From: the human T2T-CHM13v2.0 reference genome, Homo sapiens
Reading direction: 5' to 3' (one strand)
DNA length: 64,000 nt
NCBI RefSeq assembly: GCF_009914755.1
Contig: NC_060947.1
A model generated the notes under the pieces. The model was not told where the DNA came from, searched no databases, and saw nothing but the letters and a program-made list of their open reading frames with translations. Positions within the stretch are counted from its first letter, which is position 1; each line of letters begins with the position of its first letter. A program made the translations under genes and the position numbers. Below are positions 12,301-26,300 of this stretch, in pieces.

Positions 12301-14398
12301 AAAAGGAAAGTTCAACTCTGGGAGTTGAATACAAACATCACAAAGTAGTTTCCGAGAATGCTTCTGTTTAGTTTTTATGTGAAGATGATCCCGTTTCCAG
12401 TGAAATCTTCAAAGAGGTCCACATATCCCCTTGCAGATTCCAAAGAAAGAGGGTTTCAAAACTGCTCCATCAGAAGGATTGTTCAACTCTGTGAGTTGAA
12501 TGCAGTCATCGCAGAAAACTTTCTGAGAATGCTTCTGTCTAGGTTTGATGTGAAGATATAGACGTTTCAAACGAAGGCTACAAAGTGGTCAAAATATACA
12601 CTTGCAGATTCTACTACAAGGGTGTTGCAAACCTGAACTATCAAAGGAAGGTTCAACTCTGTGAGTTGAATACAAACATCACAAAGAATGTTCTGAGTTT
12701 GCTTCCGTTCAGTTATGGGAAGTTGATCCCGTTTCCAACGAAATCCTCAGAGAGGTCCAAATATCCCCTTGCAGATTCTACAAAACGTGTGTTTGGAAAC
12801 TGCTCCATCATAACGAATGTTCAGCTCCCTGAGTTAAACTCCATCGTCACAAAGAATTTTCTGAGAGTGCTACCGTCTGGTTTTTATATGAAGCTCTTTC
12901 CTTCACTACCCCAGGCCTCAAAGCGGTCCAAATCTCCACTTGCAGATTCTACAAAAAGAGTGTTTGCAAACTGCTCTATCAAAAGGAATGTTCAACTCTG
13001 GGAGTTGAATGCAATCATCACAGAGCAGTTTCTGAGAATGCTTCTATGTCGTTTTTAGGAGAAGATATTTCCTTTTCCAACACAGTCCTCCAAGCCCGCT
13101 AAATATCCACTTGCACATTGTAGAAAAAGTGTGTCAAAGCTGCGCTATCAAAGGGAAAGTTCAACTCTGTGAGGTGAATGCAAACATCCCAAAGAAGTTT
13201 CTGAGAATGCTTCCGTTTAGCTTTTAGGTGAAGATTATCCCGTTTCCAACGAAAGCTTCAAAGAGGTCCAAATATCCCCTTGCGGATCCCACAGAAAGAG
13301 TGTTTCGAAACTGCTGTTTCAAAAGGAATCTTCAACTCTGTGAGTTGAATGCAATCATCACAAAGAAGTTTCTGACAATGCTTCTCTCTCGTCTTTCTGT
13401 GAAGATAAAGGAAAAGGCTTTCAGGCCTTTTCCACCACAGGCCTGAAAGCGCTCCAAATGTCCACTTGCAGATTCTGCCAAAAGAATATTTCAAAACTGC
13501 TCTATGAAAAGCAATGTTAAACTCTGTGGCTGGAACACAAACATCACAAAGCGGTTTCTGAGAATGCTTCAGTTTAGTTTTTCTGTGGAAATATTCCCGT
13601 TTCCAAAGAAATCTTCAAAGAGGTCCACGTATCCACTTACAGATTCTACAAAAAGACAGTTTCAAAACTGCTCCATCAAAAGGAGGGTTCAACTGTGTGA
13701 CTTGAATGCAATCATCACTCAGAAGTTTCTGAGAATGCTTCTCTTTAGTTTTTACGTGAACATATACCCGTTTCGAACGAAGGCCAGCCAGTGGTCCAAA
13801 TATCCACTTGCAGATTCTACAGAAAGAGTGTTTCGAACATGAACTCTCAAAGGCAGGTTCATCTCTGCGAGTTAAATGCATTCATCATGAAGAACTTTCT
13901 CAGAGTGTTTGTGTTTAGTTATGGGAAATTATTCCCGTTTCCAACGAAATCCTCAGAGAGGTCCAAATATCCACCTGCAGATTCTACCAAAAGTGTATTT
14001 GGAAACTGCTCCATCAAAAGGCATGTTCAGCTCTGTGAGTGAAACTCCATCATCACAAAGAATATTCTGAGAATGCTTCCGTTTGCCTTTTATATGAAGT
14101 TCCTTCCTATACGACCGTAGGCCTCAAAGCAGTCCAAATCTCCATTTGCAGATTCTACAAAAAGAGTGATTCCAATCTGCTCTATCAATAGGATTGTTCA
14201 ACTCCATGTGTTGAATGCCATCCTCACAAAGTCGTTTCTGAGAATGCTTCTATCTAGTTTTTATGTGAAGATATTTCCTTTTCCACCACAGGCCTCAAAG
14301 CCCTCCAAACGTCCACTTGCAGATTCTCGAAAAAGAGTGTTTCATAGCTGCTCTTTCAAAAGGAAAGTTCAACTCTGGGAGTTGAATACAAACATCAC

Positions 14399-17300
14399 AA
14401 AGTAGTTTCCGAGAATGCTTCTGTTTAGTTTTTATGTGAAGATGATCCCGTTTCCAGTGAAATCTTCAAAGAAGTCCACATATCCCCTTGCAGATTCCAA
14501 AGAAAGAGGGTTTCAAAACTGCTCCATCAGAAGGATTGTTCAACTCTGTGAGTTGAATGCAGTCATCGCAGAAAACTTTCTGAGAATGCTTCTGTCTAGG
14601 TTTGATGTGAAGATATAGACGTTTCAAACGAAGGCTACAAAGTGGTCAAAATATACACTTGCAGATTCTACTACAAGGGTGTTGCAAACCTGAACTATCA
14701 AAGGAAGGTTCAACTCTGTGAGTTGAATACAAACATCACAAAGAATGTTCTGAGTTTGCTTCCGTTCAGTTATGGGAAGTTGATCCCATTTCCAACGAAA
14801 TCCTCAGAGAGGTCCAAATATCCCCTTGCAGATTCTACAAAACGTGTGTTTGGAAACTGCTCCATCATAACGAATGTTCAGCTCCCTGAGTTAAACTCCA
14901 TCGTCACAAAGAATTTTCTGAGAGTGCTACCGTCTGGTTTTTATATGAAGCTCTTCCCTTCACTACCACAGGCCTCAAAGCGGTCCAAATCTCCACTTGC
15001 AGATTCTACAAAAAGAGTGTTTGCAAACTGCTCTATCAAAAGGAATGTTCAACTCTGGGAGTTGAATGCAATCATCACAGAGCAGTTTCTGAGAATGCTT
15101 CTATGTCGTTTTTAGAAGATATTTCCTTTTCCAACACAGTCCTCCAAGCCCGCTAAATATCCACTTGCACATTGTAGAAAAAGTGTGTCAAAGCTGCGCT
15201 ATCAAAGGGAAAGTTCAACTCTGTGAGGTGAATGCAAACATCCCAAAGAAGTTTCTGAGAATGCTTCCGTTTAGCTTTTAGGTGAAGATTATCCCGTTTC
15301 CAACGAAACCTTCAAAGAGGTCCAAATATCCCCTTGCGGATCCCACAGAAAGAGTGTTTCGAAACTGCTGTTTCAAAAGGAATCTTCAACTCTGTGAGTT
15401 GAATGCAATCATCCCAAAGAAGTTTCTGACAATGCTTCTCTCTCGTCTTTCTGTGAAGATAAAGGAAAAGGCTTTCAGGCCTTTTCCACCACAGGCCTGA
15501 AAGCGCTCCAAATGTCCACTTGCAGATTCTGCCAAAAGAATATTTCAAAACTGCTCTATGAAAAGCAATGTTAAACTCTGTGGCTCGAACACAAACATCA
15601 CAAAGCGGTTTCTGAGAATGCTTCAGTTTAGTTTTTCTGTGGAAATATTCCCGTTTCCAAAGAAATCTTCAAAGAGGTCCACGTATCCACTTACAGATTC
15701 TACAAAAAGACAGTTTCAAAACTGCTCCATCAAAAGGAGGGTTCAACTGTGTGACTTGAATGCAATCATCACTCAGAAGTTTCTGAGAATGCTTCTCTTT
15801 AGTTTTTACGTGAACATATACCCGTTTCGAACGAAGGCCAGCCAGTGGTCCAAATATCCACTTGCAGATTCTACAGAAAGAGTGTTTCGAACATGAACTC
15901 TCAAAGGCAGGTTCATCTCTGCGAGTTAAATGCATTCATCATGAAGAACTTTCTCAGAGTGTTTGTATTTAGTTATGGGAAATTATTCCCGTTTCCAACG
16001 AAATCCTCAGAGAGGTCCAAATATCCACCTGCAGATTCTACCAAAAGTGTATTTGGAAACTGCTCCATCAAAAGGCATTTTCAGCTCTGTGAGTGAAACT
16101 CCATCATCACAAAGAATATTCTGAGAATGCTTCCGTTTGCCTTTTATATGAAGTTCCTTCCTATACGACCGTAGGCCTCAAAGCAGTCCAAATCTCCATT
16201 TGCAGATTCTACAAAAAGAGTGATTCCAATCTGCTCTATCAATAGGATTGTTCAACTCCATGAGTTGAATGCCATCCTCACAAAGTAGTTTCTGAGAATG
16301 CTTCTATCTAGTTTTTATGTGAAGATATTTCCTTTTCCACCACAGGCCTCAAAGCCCTCCAAACGTCCACTTGCAGATTCTCGAAAAAGAGTGTTTCATA
16401 GCTGCTCTTTCAAAAGGAAAGTTCAACTCTGGGAGTTGAATACAAACATCACAAAGTAGTTTCCGAGAATGCTTCTGTTTAGTTTTTATGTGAAGATGAT
16501 CCCGTTTCCAGTGAAATCTTCAAAGAGGTCCACATATCCCCTTGCAGATTCCAAAGAAAGAGGGTTTCAAAACTGCTCCATCAGAAGGATTGTTCAACTC
16601 TGTGAGTTGAATGCAGTCATCGCAGAAAACTTTCTGAGAATGCTTCTGTCTAGGTTTGATGTGAAGATATAGACGTTTCAAACGAAGGCTACAAAGTGGT
16701 CAAAATATACACTTGCAGATTCTACTACAAGGGTGTTGCAAACCTGAACTATCAAAGGAAGGTTCAACTCTGTGAGTTGAATACAAACATCACAAAGAAT
16801 GTTCTGAGTTTGCTTCCGTTCAGTTATGGGAAGTTGATCCCGTTTCCAACGAAATCCTCAGAGAGGTCCAAATATCCCCTTGCAGATTCTACAAAACGTG
16901 TGTTTGGAAACTGCTCCATCATAACGAATGTTCAGCTCCCTGAGTTAAACTCCATCGTCACAAAGAATTTTCTGAGAGTGCTACCGTCTGGTTTTTATAT
17001 GAAGCTCTTTCCTTCACTACCCCAGGCCTCAAAGCGGTCCAAATCTCCACTTGCAGATTCTACAAAAAGAGTGTTTGCAAACTGCTCTATCAAAAGGAAT
17101 GTTCAACTCTGGGAGTTGAATGCAATCATCACAGAGCAGTTTCTGAGAATGCTTCTATGTCGTTTTTAGGAGAAGATATTTCCTTTTCCAACACAGTCCT
17201 CCAAGCCCGCTAAATATCCACTTGCACATTGTAGAAAAAGTGTGTCAAAGCTGCGCTATCAAAGGGAAAGTTCAACTCTGTGAGGTGAATGCAAACATCC

Positions 17301-20300
17301 CAAAGAAGTTTCTGAGAATGCTTCCGTTTAGCTTTTAGGTGAAGATTATCCCGTTTCCAACGAAACCTTCAAAGAGGTCCAAATATCCCCTTGCGGATCC
17401 CACAGAAAGAGTGTTTCGAAACTGCTGTTTCAAAAGGAATCTTCAACTCTGTGAGTTGAATGCAATCATCACAAAGAAGTTTCTGACAATGCTTCTCTCT
17501 CGTCTTTCTGTGAAGATAAAGGAAAAGGCTTTCAGGCCTTTTCCACCACAGGCCTGAAAGCGCTCCAAATGTCCACTTGCAGATTCTGCGAAAAGAATAT
17601 TTCAAAACTGCTCTATGAAAAGCAATGTTAAACTCTGTGGCTCGAACACAAACATCACAAAGCGGTTTCTGAGAATGCTTCAGTTTAGTTTTTCTGTGGA
17701 AATATTCCCGTTTCCAAAGAAATCTTCAAAGAGGTCCACGTATCCACTTACAGATTCTACAAAAAGACAGTTTCAAAACTGCTCCATCAAAAGGAGGGTT
17801 CAACTGTGTGACTTGAATGCAATCATCACTCAGAAGTTTCTGAGAATGCTTCTCTTTAGTTTTTTCGTGAACATATACCCGTTTCGAACGAAGGCCAGCC
17901 AGTGGTCCAAATATCCACTTGCAGATTCTACAGAAAGAGTGTTTCGAACATGAACTCTCAAAGGCAGGTTCATCTCTGCGAGTTAAATGCATTCATCATG
18001 AAGAACTTTCTCAGAGTGTTTGTGTTTAGTTATGGGAAATTATTCCCGTTTCCAACGAAATCCTCAGAGAGGTCCAAATATCCACCTGCAGATTCTACCA
18101 AAAGTGTATTTGGAAACTGCTCCATCAAAAGGCATGTTCAGCTCTGTGAGTGAAACTCCATCATCACAAAGAATATACTGAGAATGCTTCCGTTTGCCTT
18201 TTATATGAAGTTCCTTCCTATACGACCGTAGGCCTCAAAGCAGTCCAAATCTCCATTTGCAGATTCTACAAAAAGAGTGATTCCAATCTGCTCTATCAAT
18301 AGGATTGTTCAACTCCATGAGTTGAATGCCATCCTCACAAAGTCGTTTCTGAGAATGCTTCTATCTAGTTTTTATGTGAAGATATTTCCTTTTCCACCAC
18401 AGGCCTCAAAGCCCTCCAAACGTCCACTTGCAGATTCTCGAAAAAGAGTGTTTCATAGCTGCTCTTTCAAAAGGAAAGTTCAACTCTGGGAGTTGAATAC
18501 AAACATCACAAAGTAGTTTCCGAGAATGCTTCTGTTTAGTTTTTATGTGAAGATGATCCCGTTTCCAGTGAAATCTTCAAAGAGGTCCACATATCCCCTT
18601 GCAGATTCCAAAGAAAGAGGGTTTCAAAACTGCTCCATCAGAAGGATTGTTCAACTCTGTGAGTTGAATGCAGTCATCGCAGAAAACTTTCTGAGAATGC
18701 TTCTGTCTAGGTTTGATGTGAAGATATAGACGTTTCAAACGAAGGCTACAAAGTGGTCAAAATATACACTTGCAGATTCTACTACAAGGGTGTTGCAAAC
18801 CTGAACTATCAAAGGAAGGTTCAACTCTGTGAGTTGAATACAAACATCACAAAGAATGTTCTGAGTTTGCTTCCGTTCAGTTATGGGAAGTTGATCCCGT
18901 TTCCAACGAAATCCTCAGAGAGGTCCAAATATCCCCTTGCAGATTCTACAAAACGTGTGTTTGGAAACTGCTCCATCATAACGAATGTTCAGCTCCCTGA
19001 GTTAAACTCCATCGTCACAAAGAATTTTCTGAGAGTGCTACCGTCTGGTTTTTATATGAAGCTCTTTCCTTCACTACCACAGGCCTCAAAGCGGTCCAAA
19101 TCTCCACTTGCAGATTCTACAAAAAGAGTGTTTGCAAACTGCTCTATCAAAAGGAATGTTCAACTCTGGGAGTTGAATGCAATCATCACAGAGCAGTTTC
19201 TGAGAATGCTTCTATGTCGTTTTTAGAAGATATTTCCTTTTCCAACACAGTCCTCCAAGCCCGCTAAATATCCACTTGCACATTGTAGAAAAAGTGTGTC
19301 AAAGCTGCGCTATCAAAGGGAAAGTTCAACTCTGTGAGGTGAATGCAAACATCCCAAAGAAGTTTCTGAGAATGCTTCCGTTTAGCTTTTAGGTGAAGAT
19401 TATCCCGTTTCCAACGAAACCTTCAAAGAGGTCCAAATATCCCCTTGCGGATCCCACAGAAAGAGTGTTTCGAAACTGCTGTTTCAAAAGGAATCTTCAA
19501 CTCTGTGAGTTGAATGCAATCATCACAAAGAAGTTTCTGACAATGCTTCTCTCTCGTCTTTCTGTGAAGATAAAGGAAAAGGCTTTCAGGCCTTTTCCAC
19601 CACAGGCCTGAAAGCGCTCCAAATGTCCACTTGCAGATTCTGCCAAAAGAATATTTCAAAACTGCTCTATGAAAAGCAATGTTAAACTGTGTGGCTCGAA
19701 CACAAACATCACAAAGCGGTTTCTGAGAATGCTTCAGTTTAGTTTTTCTGTGGAAATATTCCCGTTTCCAAAGAAATCTTCAAAGAGGTCCACGTATCCA
19801 CTTACAGATTCTACAAAAAGACAGTTTCAAAACTGCTCCATCAAAAGGAGGGTTCAACTGTGTGACTTGAATGCAATCATCACTCACAAGTTTCTGAGAA
19901 TGCTTCTCTTTAGTTTTTACGTGAACATATACCCGTTTCGAACGAAGGCCAGCCAGTGGTCCAAATATCCACTTGCAGATTCTACAGAAAGAGTGTTTCG
20001 AACATGAACTCTCAAAGGCAGGTTCATCTCTGCGAGTTAAATGCATTCATCATGAAGAACTTTCTCAGAGTGTTTGTATTTAGTTATGGGAAATTATTCC
20101 CGTTTCCAACGAAATCCTCAGAGAGGTCCAAATATCCACCTGCAGATTCTACCAAAAGTGTATTTGGAAACTGCTCCATCAAAAGGCATGTTCAGCTCTG
20201 TGAGTGAAACTCCATCATCACAAAGAATATTCTGAGAATGCTTCCGTTTGCCTTTTATATGAAGTTCCTTCCTATACGACCGTAGGCCTCAAAGCAGTCC

Positions 20301-23300
20301 AAATCTCCATTTGCAGATTCTACAAAAAGAGTGATTCCAATCTGCTCTATCAATAGGATTGTTCAACTCCATGAGTTGAATGCCATCCTCACAAAGTCGT
20401 TTCTGAGAATGCTTCTATCTAGTTTTTATGTGAAGATATTTCCTTTTCCACCACAGGCCTCAAAGCCCTCCAAACGTCCACTTGCAGATTCTCGAAAAAG
20501 AGTGTTTCATAGCTGCTCTTTCAGAAGGAAAGTTCAACTCTGGGAGTTGAATACAAACATCACAAAGTAGTTTCCGAGAATGCTTCTGTTTAGTTTTTAT
20601 GTGAAGATGATCCCGTTTCCAGTGAAATCTTCAAAGAGGTCCACATATCCCCTTGCAGATTCCAAAGAAAGAGGGTTTCAAAACTGCTCCATCAGAAGGA
20701 TTGTTCAACTCTGTGAGTTGAATGCAGTCATCGCAGAAAACTTTCTGAGAATGCTTCTGTCTAGGTTTGATGTGAAGATATAGACGTTTCAAACGAAGGC
20801 TACAAAGTGGTCAAAATATACACTTGCAGATTCTACTACAAGGGTGTTGCAAACCTGAACTATCAAAGGAAGGTTCAACTCTGTGAGTTGAATACAAACA
20901 TCACAAAGAATGTTCTGAGTTTGCTTCCGTTCAGTTATGGGAAGTTGATCCCGTTTCCAACGAAATCCTCAGAGAGGTCCAAATATCCCCTTGCAGATTC
21001 TACAAAACGTGTGTTTGGAAACTGCTCCATCATAACGAATGTTCAGCTCCCTGAGTTAAACTCCATCGTCACAAAGAATTTTCTGAGAGTGCTACCGTCT
21101 GGTTTTTATATGAAGCTCTTTCCTTCACTACCCCAGGCCTCAAAGAGGTCCAAATCTCCACTTGCAGATTCTACAAAAAGAGTGTTTGCAAACTGCTCTA
21201 TCAAAAGGAATGTTCAACTCTGGGAGTTGAATGCAATCATCACAGAGCAGTTTCTGAGAATGCTTCTATGTCGTTTTTAGGAGAAGATATTTCCTTTTCC
21301 AACACAGTCCTCCAAGCCCGCTAAATAGCCACTTGCACATTGTAGAAAAAGTGTGTCAAAGCTGCGCTATCAAAGGGAAAGTTCAACTCTGTGAGGTGAA
21401 TGCAAACATCCCAAAGAAGTTTCTGAGAGTGCTTCCGTTTAGCTTTTAGGTGAAGATTATCCCGTTTCCAACGAAACCTTCAAAGAGGTCCAAATATCCC
21501 CTTGCGGATCCCACAGAAAGAGTGTTTCGAAACTGCTGTTTCAAAAGGAATCTTCAACTCTGTGAGTTGAATGCAATCATCACAAAGAAGTTTCTGACAA
21601 TGCTTCTCTCTCGTCTTTCTGTGAAGATAAAGGAAAAGGCTTTCAGGCCTTTTCCACCACAGGCCTGAAAGCGCTCCAAATGTCCACTTGCAGATTCTGC
21701 GAAAAGAATATTTCAAAACTGCTCTATGAAAAGCAATGTTAAACTCTGTGGCTCGAACACAAACATCACAAAGCGGTTTCTGAGAAAGCTTCAGTTTAGT
21801 TTTTCTGTGGAAATATTCCCGTTTCCAAAGAAATCTTCAAAGAGGTCCACGTATCCACTTACAGATTCTACAAAAAGACAGTTTCAAAACTGCTCCATCA
21901 AAAGGAGGGTTCAACTGTGTGACTTGAATGCAATCATCACTCACAAGTTTCTGAGAATGCTTCTCTTTAGTTTTTACGTGAACATATACCCGTTTCGAAC
22001 GAAGGCCAGCCAGTGGTCCAAATATCCACTTGCAGATTCTACAGAAAGAGTGTTTCGAACATGAACTCTCAAAGGCAGGTTCATGTCTGCGAGTTAAATG
22101 CATTCATCATGAAGAACTTTCTCAGAGTGTTTGTGTTTAGTTATGGGAAATTATTCCCGTTTCCAACGAAATCCTCGGAGAGGTCCAAATATCCACCTGC
22201 AGATTCTACCAAAAGTGTATTTGGAAACTGCTCCATCAAAAGGCATGTTCAGCTCTGTGAGTGAAACTCCATCATCACAAAGAATATTCTGAGAATGCTT
22301 CCGTTTGCCTTTTATATGAAGTTCCTTCCTATACGACCGTAGGCCTCAAAGCAGTCCAAATCTCCATTTGCAGATTCTACAAAAAGAGTGATTCCAATCT
22401 GCTCTATCAATAGGATTGTTCAACTCCATGTGTTGAATGCCATCCTCACAAAGTCGTTTCTGAGAATGCTTCTATCTAGTTTTTATGTGAAGATATTTCC
22501 TTTTCCACCACAGGCCTCAAAGCCCTCCAAACGTCCACTTGCAGATTCTCGAAAAAGAGTGTTTCATAGCTGCTCTTTCAAAAGGAAAGTTCAACTCTGG
22601 GAGTTGAATACAAACATCACAAAGTAGTTTCTGAGAATGCTTCTGTTTAGTTTTTATGTGAAGATGATCCCGTTTCCAGTGAAATCTTCAAAGAGGTCCA
22701 CATATCCCCTTGCAGATTCCAAAGAAAGAGGGTTTCAAAACTGCTCCATCAGAAGGATTGTTCAACTCTGTGAGTTGAATGCAGTCATCGCAGAAAACTT
22801 TCTGAGAATGCTTCTGTCTAGGTTTGATGTGAAGATATAGACGTTTCAAACGAAGGCTACAAAGTGGTCAAAATATACACTTGCAGATTCTACTACAAGG
22901 GTGTTGCAAACCTGAACTATCAAAGGAAGGTTCAACTCTGTGAGTTGAATACAAACATCACAAAGAATGTTCTGAGTTTGCTTCCGTTCAGTTATGGGAA
23001 GTTGATCCCGTTTCCAACGAAATCCTCAGAGAGGTCCAAATATCCCCTTGCAGATTCTACAAAACGTGTGTTTGGAAACTGCTCCATCATAACGAATGTT
23101 CAGCTCCCTGAGTTAAACTCCATCGTCACAAAGAATTTTCTGAGAGTGCTACCGTCTGGTTTTTATATGAAGCTCTTTCCTTCACTACCACAGGCCTCAA
23201 AGCGGTCCAAATCTCCACTTGCAGATTCTACAAAAAGAGTGTTTGCAAACTGCTCTATCAAAAGGAATGTTCAACTCTGGGAGTTGAATGCAATCATCAC

Positions 23301-26300
23301 AGAGCAGTTTCTGAGAATGCTTCTATGTCGTTTTTAGAAGATATTTCCTTTTCCAACACAGTCCTCCAAGCCCGCTAAATATCCACTTGCACATTGTAGA
23401 AAACGTGTGTCAAAGCTGCGCTATCAAAGGGAAAGTTCAACTCTGTGAGGTGAATGCAAACATCCCAAAGAAGTTTCTGAGAATGCTTCCGTTTAGCTTT
23501 TAGGTGAAGATTATCCCGTTTCCAACGAAACCTTCAAAGAGGTCCAAATATCCCCTTGCGGATCCCACAGAAAGAGTGTTTCGAAACTGCTGTTTCAAAA
23601 GGAATCTTCAACTCTGTGAGTTGAATGCAATCATCACAAAGAAGTTTCTGACAATGCTTCTCTCTCGTCTTTCTGTGAAGATAAAGGAAAAGGCTTTCAG
23701 GCCTTTTCCGCCACAGGCCTGAAAGCGCTCCAAATGTCCACTTGCAGATTCTGCCAAAAGAATATTTCAAAACTGCTCTATGAAAAGCAATGTTAAACTC
23801 TGTGGCTCGAACACAAACATCACAAAGCGGTTTCTGAGAATGCTTCAGTTTAGTTTTTCTGTGGAAATATTCCCGTTTCCAAAGAAATCTTCAAAGAGGT
23901 CCACGTATCCAATTACAGATACTACAAAAAGACAGTTTCAAAACTGCTCCATCAAAAGGAGGGTTCAACTGTGTGACTTGAATGCAATCATCACTCAGAA
24001 GTTTCTGAGAATGCTTCTCTTTAGTTTTTACGTGAACATATACCCGTTTCGAAAGAAGGCCACCCAGTGGTCCAAATATCCACTTGCAGATTCTACAGAA
24101 AGAGTGTTTCGAACCTGAACTCTCAAAGGCAGGTTCATCTCTGCGAGTTAAATGCATTCATCATGAAGAACTTTCTCAGAGTGTTTGTGTTTAGTTATGG
24201 GAAATTATTCCCGTTTCCAACGAAATCCTCAGAGAGCTCTAAATTTCCACCTGCAGATTCTACCAAAAGTGTATTTGGAAACTGCTCCATCAAAAGGCAT
24301 GTTCAGCTCTGTGAGTGAAACTCCATCATCACAAAGAATATTCTGAGAATGCTTCCGTTTGCTTTTATATGAAGTTCCTTCCTATACGACCGTAGGCCTC
24401 AAAGCAGTCCAAATCTCCATTTGCAGATTCTACAAAAAGAGTGATTCCAATCTGCTCTATCAATAGGATTGTTCAACTCCATGTGTTGAATGCCATCCTC
24501 ACAAAGTAGTTTCTGAGAATGCTTCTATCTAGTTTTTATGTGAAGATATTTTCTTTTCCACCACAGGACTCAAAGCCTTCCAAACGTCCACTTGCAGATT
24601 CTCGAAAAAGAGTGTTTCATAGCTGCTCTTTCAAAAGGAAAGTTCAACTCTGGGAGTTGAATACAAACATCACAAAGTAGTTTCCGAGAATGCTTCTGTT
24701 TAGTTTTTATGTGAAGATGATCCCGTTTCCAGTGAAATCTTCAAAGAGGTCCACATATCCCCTTGCAGATTCCAAAGAAAGAGGGTTTCAAAACTGCTCC
24801 ATCAGAAGGATTGTTCAACTCTGTGAGTTGAATGCAGTCATCGCAGAAAACTTTCTGAGAATGCTTCTGTCTAGGTTTGATGTGAAGATATAGACGTTTC
24901 AAACGAAGGCTACAAAGTGGTCAAAATATACACTTGCAGATTCTACTACAAGGGTGTTGCAAACCTGAACTATCAAAGGAAGGTTCAACTCTGTGAGTTG
25001 AATACAAACATCACAAAGAATGTTCTGAGTTTGCTTCCGTTCAGTTATGGGAAGTTGATCCCGTTTCCAACGAAATCCTCAGAGAGGTCCAAATATCCCC
25101 TTGCAGATTCTACAAAACGTGTGTTTGGAAACTGCTCCATCATAACGAATGTTCAGCTCCCTGAGTTAAACTCCATCGTCACAAAGAATTTTCTGAGAGT
25201 GCTACCGTCTGGTTTTTATATGAAGCTCTTTCCTTCACTACCACAGGCCTCAAAGCGGTCCAAATCTCCACTTGCAGATTCTACAAAAAGAGTGTTTGCA
25301 AACTGCTCTATCAAAAGGAATGTTCAACTCTGGGAGTTGAATGCAATCATCACAGAGCAGTTTCTGAGAATGCTTCTATGTCGTTTTTAGAAGATATTTC
25401 CTTTTCCAACACAGTCCTCCAAGCCCGCTAAATATCCACTTGCACATTGTAGAAAAAGTGTGTCAAAGCTGCGCTATCAAAGGGAAAGTTCAACTCTGTG
25501 AGGTGAATGCAAACATCCCAAAGAAGTTTCTGAGAATGCTTCCGTTTAGCTTTTAGGTGAAGATTATCCCGTTTCCAACGAAACCTTCAAAGAGGTCCAA
25601 ATATCCCCTTGCGGATCCCACAGAAAGAGTGTTTCGAAACTGCTGTTTCAAAAGGAATCTTCAACTCTGTGAGTTGAATGCAATCATCACAAAGAAGTTT
25701 CTGACAATGCTTCTCTCTCGTGTTTCTGTGAAGATAAAGGAAAAGGCTTTCAGGCCTTTTCCACCACAGGCCTGAAAGCGCTCCAAATGTCCACTTGCAG
25801 ATTCTGCGAAAAGAATATTTCAAAACTGCTCTATGAAAAGCAATGTTAAACTCTGTGGCTCGAACACAAACATCACAAAGCGGTTTCTGAGAATGCTTCA
25901 GTTTAGTTTTTCTGTGGAAATATTCCCGTTTCCAAAGAAATCTTCAAAGAGGTCCACGTATCCACTTACAGATTCTACAAAAAGACAGTTTCAAAACTGC
26001 TCCATCAAAAGGAGGGTTCAACTGTGTGACTTGAATGCAATCATCACTCAGAAGTTTCTGAGAATGCTTCTCTTTAGTTTTTACGTGAACATATACCCGT
26101 TTCGAAAGAAGGCCACCCAGTGGTCCAAATATCCACTTGCAGATTCTACAGAAAGAGTGTTTCGAACCTGAACTCTCAAAGGCAGGTTCATCTCTGCGAG
26201 TTAAATGCATTCATCATGAAGAACTTTCTCAGAGTGTTTGTGTTTAGTTATGGGAAATTATTCCCGTTTCCAACGAAATCCTCAGAGAGCTCTAAATATC

